Shown here in pieces: positions 51,701-64,000 of a DNA stretch of 64,000 bases. Position 1 is the stretch's first letter, and every line of letters starts with the position of its first letter. The notes beneath the pieces are model-generated. The model was not told the origin of the DNA. It worked only from the letters and a program-made list of their open reading frames with translations, and searched no databases. Position numbers and translations under genes: made by a program. The stretch comes from Azolla caroliniana (Eukaryota; Plantae; Polypodiophyta), in NCBI GenBank assembly GCA_043228905.1, contig JBHGNT010000012.1, positions 6,758,001 through 6,822,000 of the forward strand, given 5' to 3'.

Positions 51701-53004
51701 TTTCAATCTCTTCATTATTTGCCTTCGTCCCTCTTTGATTAACACTAATATATGTTCAATTAACTATTAACTAATTGCCCTTCCACTTTGATCAACTAAT
51801 TTATTGACTAGAGATTAGGGATAATCAAACCTTGCTTAGCATCATTCCATTGGAGATTTATTGCTAATTTGAACTAATATTAGTGTGGGGTTAATGTTAC
51901 TTCTTGTATGGAAGTGTCTTTTGGGACTTGAAAATAGTATGGGTATTTTGGTGAATTCTCATAAATTGTTTGAACCTTGGTGAGTGTAATATTAGCATTG
52001 TAAATCTCAATTCTAGAACACCAACTTCTACAAATATTGAACATTTCAAGAAAATGACAAAAGATTCAAATTACTTCCACATCATTCTCAATTATACTCC
52101 ACTTGAGAGTATGAAGCTATTTTATGTGGATAAACAACAAAAGTTTGTAAAGGGATGTTCGAAGTAAAAAAACACATAGTTGACAATCATGAAAGCTACT
52201 GAAATATAGGGGGTTCTTAACGCTATCCCATGTATTAGGGGCTCAAATGCAAAATATCCTTGTAGTTAATAAAACATCTATATGAGGAAATGGTATAAGG
52301 CCAACATAATAATGTCATGTCTGGCATAACAAAAAAGTGTGAAAGATGCATTTGAACCCACAACCTTACGGTGATTGCCCATAACTTATTCTTCAAATTC
52401 TCTACATATATCATAATGCAAGTCCCTCCACATCTACCCTCGCCATTGTTATTAATTACTTCCAAACAAGTAATACTTGACTTTTAATGAATGGCATCTA
52501 AGGCAAAAAGACATTATGTGCAAATCACTATGTGATGACTTGCCTCTTATTTCCAGACCCTAGCTCTAGCAATGACATAATAAGGGGAAAGACAAAATTT
52601 GAAATGATTTGTTAACAATAAGCATTATTAAAATATGATGCTTACCAATACAAGCTTCATTTTCCTTTTTCAAATTAGGCTCTCAACAATAATTTATCAT
52701 GTCTTAAAGAGGCAATGCCAATAAATGACATAAAAAAGTATACAAAAGCTGAAGTATGTAATGTCTATTGAGGTCATATATCCCTTTCAAGTTGTTATGT
52801 TTTGTGATTGCTTAACCATTTCCTTGGCTTCAACTACCAGTACAAATTTAGTCACTCACAATCATAATCATGGTTTGAATGCATCAAGAATCATCGAATA
52901 TGTTACTATAACGATTGACTGAGTATAATAATGACAAAGTGCAATCATGTTTTGGTGTTTGGGTGAATGCATTTGTGCATGTATGTATACATATTAGAAA
53001 CAAC

Positions 53005-53690
53005 TAACAATCGGCAACGGTTCGGTTTGACCGAACCGAACCGAACCATGAAACCATGGCTTAACGGTTTCAATGGTCAGAAATTGCAGTTTAAACCGTA
53101 AGAAACGGTGGTTTAAATGGTTTTTTATAAAAAAAATAAATTAAAAAAATTTGTTTTTAAACAATCTTTTCATTTTTATAACTTATTCTCACATTTTAGG
53201 AACATCTTTCAAATTTTAAAAATTTAAAATAATGAAATCTTTTAAATTTAAAAATTAAAAATAATGAAATCTTTTAAATTTAAAATTTAAAAACTAAAAA
53301 TTAGACTTAAGTTGAAAACTGAAACCGAACCACGAAACTACGGTTTTTACGGTTTAATGGGATTTTTGTAGAACCGGATCGGGAATTCCGAATGGTTATT
53401 ACATTATTGGGGAGACCTGTGCGTACCCCACCCACCTTTTCTCATAACTTTTTATATTCCAAGCGATAAGAACGAGTTCTCTAACTAATTGAATGGGCGA
53501 ACGACGGGGATTGAACCCGCGCATGATGGATCCACAATCCATTGCCTTGATCCACTTGGCTACGTCCGCCCCCTTTGCTACTCACTCGGCCCTCCGAGCG
53601 GGGAAGGGAACAGGATCTACCCATCACAGTTTGAAAAATGTTCAACGGTTCGGTTTGGACCCTCTCAAACCAAACCATTGCCGATTGTTA
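53005..53690. mobile_element. Non-autonomous hAT-type element (MITE), 26-bp TIRs, 8-bp TSD GAAACAAC
   Basis: TAACAATCGGCAAyGGTTyGGTTTGA at both ends (2 mismatches). GAAACAAC at 52997-53004 and 53691-53698. Subterminal AACCG/CGGTT repeats. Confidence 0.9.
53496..53570 (-). tRNA. trnH-GUG: Plastid-type tRNA-His(GUG) copy inside the hAT element (NUPT-like)
   Basis: GGCGGACGTAGCCAAGTGGATCAAGGCAATGGATTGTGGATCCATCATGCGCGGGTTCAATCCCCGTCGTTCGCC folds into a cloverleaf with an encoded G-1 and a GTG anticodon, and matches the chloroplast trnH pattern. Confidence 0.9.
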
Positions 53691-55674
53691 GAAACAACCC
53701 TATTACTCACCTTTACTTAAGGATTAAGTTAGTTTCTTTTATCATGGACAATATTGATTGATAATTTCAAAAACTACCAAGGGTACTTTTCATATACATC
53801 TAGAAAATAATTCAAAACACCTCCCTAAAATATTTACCAATGGGTTAAGATAAAAGTAACTTAGTATATAAACCCTGAAAAATGTATGCATTTGTGAAGC
53901 TGAATTTTAAAATGTAATAAAACTTTGTTCTGAATTCATTACTAAAAGTGTTCATAAATTCAAAAATAAACTATAGAAGTGCAGACTCTATTCTCTTTTT
54001 AGCACGTTATTTAAGAGCAATACTAAATACTCGTCAACCGATTTCTAATGATAAACTTTTACAATTGTACGTAAGTCCATCTTTTTCATTCCTCATAATT
54101 ATTGAAGCTTTTAGGTCTTCATAACATGCGTTCCTTTGCACTTTAGCCTCAAATCACGTATTTTGATGTGATACTCTTAGATTTTCTTTTTGGGATCATT
54201 AATAATTTGAATGTCTTAAATTTCTGTCACTATTTAATTATCTTTATAACACAATATTCTACCAATTCGAACCATTGGTAGTGGAAAATAGATTTTCAAG
54301 GCCAAATATAAAATTAATGAAGTGCTAATCTAATGATTTTAATAGATAATGATGGCGTGATGACGATGACGGTGACAATGAAGAAAATTATTAATGATGT
54401 TGATGAGAGTAATGAAGGGATGCTAATGACAAGGATGATGCATTTGTAACACCACTTTATATTGAGAAATTTGTTAATTAGTATTGGACCATTGGTATAA
54501 TGATCTCATAGTAAGAGCTTAAGTGTAAAAATATCAAGTAGAAATATGAATGCTTTCGACTAGAAAATATGATTACTCTTGTTGCTTTATTTTTTGATGC
54601 CGCACATCTAAATTATGATATAAGTATGTTTTTTTTTTCCAAAAAAAAGATACTACATTAGTATTAGAAAACGCCATAAGGCTAAACATACAAGATATAC
54701 CACCGATCCCCTATGTTTTTCTAAATTCTAACCATCGGCTTAAATAAACACTTTGGTGTTGAGTAGATGTTTGTAGTCAATGTGCATAAGCAATGATTTC
54801 ACTTTGTTTATATGCTTAGCTTATGGTCTCCTATATTATTTAATTACTGAAGGTCACACAAACTACTACAACATAAGTAGAATCATATTCGAAAGCAAGT
54901 CCTCCAAATGTTCATGATTAATTCAGCCTATGTATGCATGGAAAACACAACATACACCTCACATATCAATTGGCCATAAGTCATTGGCAACCCATTGACT
55001 GTTGTTATAGTTGACGAACAAGGATAAACAAGTGATAAGTTTCATTTAGAACCTCAAATAGATAAGATAACATTTGTTAAAGTCACTAGAGTTTCGCTAG
55101 GGTCTACTCATCCATTATTAACATCAAAGGCATCCCCTACATCCTCTTACTAAAATTGTTTTTTCTCTTTGCAAGGCCATTAGCTTAGTGATCTCACTCC
55201 TTAAGGAACCATAGTTCATAACAAATTATTATAACACATGAGATTTAATGTACATGCACTTGGTTGAACAATGTATCATGCTTTGGGAGAACTTATTCTT
55301 TATCCTAACCTCCCAAAACAATATTTCAACTATGGTGATACCCTCCTAACTGGGACAAAATAATCGTTTATTACAATATTAGATAGTGAAATGCCATTTT
55401 TCAAGAGGGACTTGTACTGGTCTCTATTAGGTACGAACAAGAACAGACAACCCTCAACGAGTGGACAACAAGGAATGGGAGCATTGAATATGGTAGATGG
55501 GTTAATTGTTTGGTGCAAGAACCTAATGCATATGTCTGAACCTCAAACGATATTTATTCTAGGGCTAGTTTTCATTTTACTTCCTGAATTGTATCTATAT
55601 CTACTCAACAAGGAGCATGCAAGCTATCACACTAATTTGATGAAACCTTGATATTGTAATTGGTTCCTTGATCA

Positions 55675-55865
55675 ATTTTGTATTTTGCTTACTATCTTAT
55701 TTATTCTTACTCTATATCTAGTAATTTTTTTTGCTTACTATCTTATTTTGTATTTTGCTTACTATCTTATTTGTTCTTACTCTATATCTAGTAATTTTTT
55801 TTGCTTACTATCTTATTTTGTATTTTGCTTATTATCTTATTTGTTCTTACTCTATATCTAGTAAT
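55675..55865. repeat. AT-rich minisatellite, ~70-bp period, ~2.7 copies
   Basis: TTTGCTTACTATCTTATTT and TTCTTACTCTATATCTAGTAA recur. Confidence 0.85.
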
Positions 55866-55894
55866 AAATTTTGGGAGAGAGAGAGAGAGAGAGA

Positions 55895-56350
55895 ATGCCC
55901 AATGGAGACCAGGTGGTCATGGGTTCAACCCCTACATTCCACAGTGGCATCTAGTGAATTAAAAGATATATAATAGAGAGGTGAGGAAGTTGTGTTTCGA
56001 ACCCATAACGCAATGCTTGTAGTGCTAACAACTTACCACTAGGGTAAGGTAATTACGATTAAAAAAAGATAGGTTGCCCAATGGAGACCAGGTGGTCATG
56101 GGTTCAACCCCTACATTCCAGAGTAGCATTTAGTGAAATAGAGATATATATGGTGTAATAGAGAGGTGAGAAAATTGGGTTTCAAACCCAAGATGTAGTG
56201 TTAGTAGTGTAAACAACTTATCACTAGGTAAGCTAATTACAATGAGAAAGAGAGAGAGCAAGCGAGTGAGCTAGCTCAGTTCGTAAGGTTGCCCAATGGA
56301 GACCAGGTGGTCATGGGTTCAACTCCCTACATTCCACAACCGCATCTAGT
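55895..56350. repeat. Tandem units of alternating sense and antisense tRNA-like (Pol III A/B box) modules
   Basis: TGCCCAATGGAGACCAGGTGGTCATGGGTTCAAC occurs three times (~55895, 56075, 56290); the third is preceded by TAGCTCAGTTCG. The spacers carry a reverse-strand TAGTGGTAAG...GGTTCGAAAC. Confidence 0.65.
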
Positions 56351-56744
56351 TCATGCAACACATGCATTTCATGCATGTCATGTACCCTCACATACATCAT
56401 ATGCATGTGAGCACCTATATAAAGAGAGGGAAGGGATGCATGTAGGTATTGATCGATCGTTCAAATAAGATAATTAATCAAACAATCAATTAATTAAATA
56501 GTAAATCAAGATAACTCATCTATGAAGTATTTCGTCTTTTAAAATTGAAATCAAGGGTTGAAGTCGGAGTTGATAGAGATAAAGTATCATCTTTGTGATC
56601 GAGCATTATAACTTTGGTGAAGATATTGTATTCTTAATATAATAAAGTTTGTTTTTATCATATACTCTTGCCGCTTGAATCATACACTATCTCTATCTCT
56701 TGTCCGTGTTCGTCTCTCTCGCTTTTCATTACAAAATTGTGAAC

Positions 56745-57160
56745 AATGACTGTGAACCTCCAGATTTGATGTCAGATTCGGCCAAAAGGGCCATAAAGAT
56801 GACGAGTGAGAAGCTTTTCCGGTTGGCACGCCACAAGAACCCCATCATCCGATACGGGTATAATGAGTACATGGCGCACCACTATGTGTACATGTGAAGG
56901 TGGCGACGATACCCAAGATGGAGAGATTCATGGAGGCATCAAAGGATGCCAAGTGGCAAGAAGCCATGGAAGACACTTGGGACCTGGTGGACCCCCAAAA
57001 AAACTACAAACCGATCGATTGTATGTGGGTATACAAAGTGAAATACAATGCTGATGGTTTGGTCAACAAGTATAAAACCATACTTGTGGCTAAAGGATAC
57101 ACATAGACCCACGAAATCAATTATGATGGGACCTTTGCACCGGTCGTACAAAACACCAAC
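56745..57160 (+). pseudogene. Copia pol fragment (pre-RT linker and RT start)
   Basis: [40 protein letters not shown]. Confidence 0.8.
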
Positions 57161-57513
57161 GGTTTGATGCATCGAGCACGAACTGTACGACAATAATTTG
57201 GTCAACCCGACATGAAGCATTGATGAAGAGGAGTCTTCGATAAAATGAAATAGCTGAGAGTGGCTTCAATGCGGATATGGCAAACTTCATGATGACCATG
57301 ATGAGTTGGATGATGCAGGAGCAAAGCATAATGAACTAGATGGAAAGCAAGTTAACACTCGTCGTATAGGTAGTCATCGAGAAAATAAATAAGTTTAATG
57401 ACAGGGACGTCACCCGATACCTTGAGGTCTACAAATACGAGATAGCTAGTAGAGGGGTGTAAAGAATTGGATATGATTCTGTACAACGGAAGAGATGTGT
57501 GTGTGTGTGTAGT

Positions 57514-60222
<2,709 letters not shown>

Positions 60223-63200
60223 GAGAGAGAGAGAACACAATCTATACAGAAAACAATCGAAAAATTGTATTCACAAGAACAAGAATGAATCAATAGTTAC
60301 AAGGAGAGGGAGAAGGTGGTCATGTAGTTACCTTCTCTCTAAGTTCTCTCACTAGAGTCACCTCTTAGAAAGGGTGGAGTCTTAACTACTTACTAAGTAT
60401 GTGTCATAGGTCTTAACTTCTATGACACATTAGTTATGATGATACAAAAGAGGTGGGGTGTCCACACACTTGGGTGTTCCTAAGATGTATTCCCACATTA
60501 GGGAAGTTGAGTTTGATTCTCAACATGCCCCTTCAAACACAACTTCCGGTCGCTGAAAAGTTGGTTCGGACTGGTCTTCGGGTTGGCTTTGAGTCAACTC
60601 CGGCTTCGGCTTCAGATAGCCGGCTCACTCCTATGTTTGCTCTAGCCTGTTCGTGTCAGACTGCTCCTTATCCATACCCCCCCTCAAGCTCGGCTAGTTG
60701 GTGATCGAGAGACCAAGGTTTGTTGTGAACTGTTGTAGCTTGTGGACTCCCAGGGCCTTCGTGAAGATATCAACAATTTGAAGATTCATGTTGATGTGTT
60801 GTAGGTCGGCATCTCTGGCTAGGACACGTTCTTGGATGAAATGATAATGCACCTCAATGTGCTTAGCCCGAGCGTGGAAAACTAGGTTGTGGGCTAGGTG
60901 GATGCTGCTCATGTTGTCGCAATACAGGAGAATCAGATCCTTGATGGGAATACCCAGATTATTCAAGATTCATTTTAGCGAAACGGCTTCGCATGCAGTG
61001 TCGACCGTGCCCCTATATTCGGCTTCTGTGCTCGACAGTGCGACTATCGACTGCTTCTTACTGCTCTATGACATGACTCCGCTGCCGAGAGAGATAACAA
61101 ATCCTGATGTTGATCGTCTGTCGGCTTTGTAGCTGGCCTAATCGGCATCAGTGTACCCTTTGAGTCGAATTGGTGTGGCCGATATGTAGAGGAGGCCATA
61201 ATCCATGGTCCCACTCACGTACCTTAGTACTCGCTTAGCATAGTTGAGATGAATGTCACACGGAGTCTGCATGAATTGGCTAAGGAGGTCGACCGAGTAA
61301 CTGAGATCGGGTCGGATGACGGTGAGATAGATTACGCTTCTGACTAGCTGATGATAGAGACTCGGCTCACACTCTTTTGTGCTGGATCATGGTTCAGATG
61401 GTTATTATCTTTGCCACCGGGGCAAAGGTCTCTTCATAATCAACCCTGTTTGTTTGTGCATACCCTTTTGCCACAAGCCGGTTCTTATACCGATTGACGA
61501 TGCCGTCGACATTGTGCTTCACCTTGAATATCCATTGGCATCCGCATCCAATTGCCTTTTGATGGGGTGAAGAGGGGACGAGATCCCATGTCTCGTTTCT
61601 GGAGTGAGCTTGCATCTTCATTGCTTTGACCCATCGCAAATTCTTTGCGGCTTCGGAAAAAGTTTCCGGTTCTCAGACTATCGCCACCTTCATCATGAAT
61701 GCATAATGATATGCTATGTAGTCATTATTGCCGAATTGGCTGACTACGTTCTTCTCTCTGGTAGACCAATGTCGGCTCCTGGTGACGTCATGATAGGCAC
61801 ATCCAATTCACCCTACTCATTGTCGGGTGAGTGATTCGATTCGTTCTCATCTGAGTCTTCGTACTCAAGCATTTTGGCCTTTCCTTTGTTCGGCTTCGGA
61901 CTTGGCTGCGACGTGCTTTGGTTGCTTGGGGACTCATGTGGTCCAATCAATCTGGTTGAGATTGAACTTCCCTCTGTTGTGAGCCTTAGTCAATCCTCCT
62001 CCTCCGAATCGATTATATCAAAATCAGTTTCGATTAGATCGGATGGAGTTGAGTCATCTGTGTACCAAGATGCCGTGTCGTCGAATATGACAACCCTACT
62101 CACTCTTATCTTATTGGTAGAGGGGTTGAAGCACTTATACCCCTTTTGTTCGAGAGAGTACCTACAAGGATACACTTCTTCAATTTCGGATTAACCTTTT
62201 GCCACTTTTCATCGGGAATGTGTACAAACACGATAGAGCTGAATATCCGTACATGGGATAGATCCAACTTCTTTCCATAGAACTTCTCGTGGGGGGGTGA
62301 CATCGTGCACTCTGGATGATGTGCACCGATTGATTATAGACGGTCGTGTTCACTGCTTCAGCCCAGTAGAATTTCGGTAGACGTTTCTCGTTCATCGTTG
62401 CCCTTTCCACCTCATGTATATGTCGGTTCTTTCGTTCGGTCGGCTACTCTGTTTTGCTGAGGTGTGTGTCGGCTGGTGAACTCCTGCCGAATTCCTTCTT
62501 GTCGAAGGTATGTTGTGAAGGCATCAGAGAAATACTGCTTGCTGCCATCCAATCGAAGGAATTAGACATGGCGACCAGTTTCCTTTTCAACTTCGTTTTT
62601 GAATTTTTGGAAGTGTGTGAACACGTTGCTCTTCTACTGCATAGGGTAGATCCCTGTGTGCATGGAGAAGTCATCGATGAAAGTCACATAGTATCGGCAA
62701 CTACCGAATGTTGCCATTTTGGCTGACCCCCATACATATGAATGTACTACATCTAGGATCCCTTTGCTCATGTTCCTCTCCTTTGGGAATGGTTGGTGTT
62801 ACTTGCAAAACTGGCAGGCTTCACATACACCTGTAATCTCCTTCTCGGTAAAGGTTGGAAGTTCGATGAAGACTCCTTTTTACTGCAATCCTTTGAGCTT
62901 CTGGAAATTAATGTGGCCGATTTCTTTTGTGCCACAGTTCAATGTTGGCATCGGTTTTATGGACCTTGACAAACATTGCCAATTTCATCTCGTGAGAATC
63001 AAGGATGAACATTTGGCCTTCTCTTCGACCGCGAGCGATAATTCGGCCTTCCTTTTCGATGAAGCAACCACCGTTGTTAAATCAAACTTGCAGGCCTTGT
63101 TCCACAATCTGGCCAACCGAGACCAGATTCTTCGTTATCGTTAGAACATGCAAGACTTTCTTGATGTAGGTTTGGTTGCCCTTTTCGCCGAAAGGGACGT

Positions 63201-64000
63201 TTCCAACATGTTGAATGGGGTGAATTGTGTCATCCCCAATTTCCACATAGCCGGGTCGTTCGGGCTTTCATAACTCTCGAAACCAATCTTCATGAGACGT
63301 CATGTGGTTGGATTCACCCGAGTCGACAAACCATACATTTTCTGAGTTGGAGGTACTTGTCGGGCATGATTCCATCATCGAATTCGCTCTGTGTTGCATC
63401 ATGAACATTCCGCCACGATCGTCGTACTCGGAGTTTGAGGCATAGTTGGTGAGTTGTTGGCTTGTGAGGGCCCACTCACTCTTCTTCTTCCAACACTCTA
63501 CCTCATAGTGGCCGAATTTGCCACGGTATCCGCACTGGACGGAATTGTTTTGTCGGCTGGGTCCAGCATGATTGCTCCCCCTTCTACTAGACTCTCTGCC
63601 TCGCGCGTTTGAAACATCTTACTGGTAGTAGAAATTGTAGTCTTGGGGTTGTTCTTGGTTGTGTCGGCCTTGGCCGAATCGATCTCTTCTTCCCTGACCT
63701 TGTCCTCTTCCTCCATCGAAATTCGAATAGAGCATGTGTCCTTGCACATTGCTTCTTGTCCGAACATGATTTTCTTTGACCAGTAGCATCGACTGGAAAT
63801 CGAAGGAGGGAGGATTCTCCCTTGCGAGGATGACCAACATTATCGTGCCGAACCGAGGTGCCAAGCCACTGAGGCATATCTGCACCATTTCATCATTGTC
63901 AATGTTGACGTTGATGGACCCGAGGGCATCGCATAACTCCTTGATCTTCAAGGTGTAGCTGCCGATTGACATGTCCCTCTATTGTATGCCGTTCAACTCT
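60223..64000 (-). mobile_element. Degenerate copia (family A-related): gag, PR, IN, RT (internally deleted near 61380), RH, PPT, 3' LTR from 60525, LTR interrupted by the LINE
   Basis: gag IKELCDALGSI, VDSGESNHM-like protease, LPKFYWAEAVNT, KGYKCFNP, WIFKVKHNVDG, HARAKHIEVHYHF. LTR start TGTTGAGAATCAAACTCAAC. Confidence 0.88.

Overview
Eukaryotic (land-plant) nuclear DNA. A non-seed plant such as a fern or lycophyte is likely, but this is inferred only from the element types. 1-34 kb and 55.9-64 kb are nested retroelements: several Ty1/copia copies (one nearly intact at 8999-14427 with a GTTAA TSD), two Tcn1/Tf1-like Ty3/gypsy chromovirus remnants and two copies of an APE+RT LINE inserted at (CT)n microsatellites. 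The AT-rich middle (34-55 kb) holds one clear host gene, a six-exon D-type cyclin (43800-47467). The most unusual object is an 8-kb insertion (16211-24185) that splits the LINE ORF. It has a 5-bp TSD (ACAAG, with the empty site visible in the second LINE copy) and TGTTA...TAACA ends. Its ends are ~240-bp inverted rather than direct LTR copies, and they enclose a PBS-like site and 3.4 near-identical tandem copies of a 2.1-kb unit with no transposition enzyme. Other notable items: a copia shell whose gag-integrase part is replaced by an RPL4/second-copia mosaic; a covarying hairpin that holds the PPT in an 18-nt loop in three diverged copia copies; a Tf1-type self-priming signal and antisense tRNA-like boxes in the gypsy LTRs; and a hAT-type MITE carrying a plastid-type trnH-GUG.
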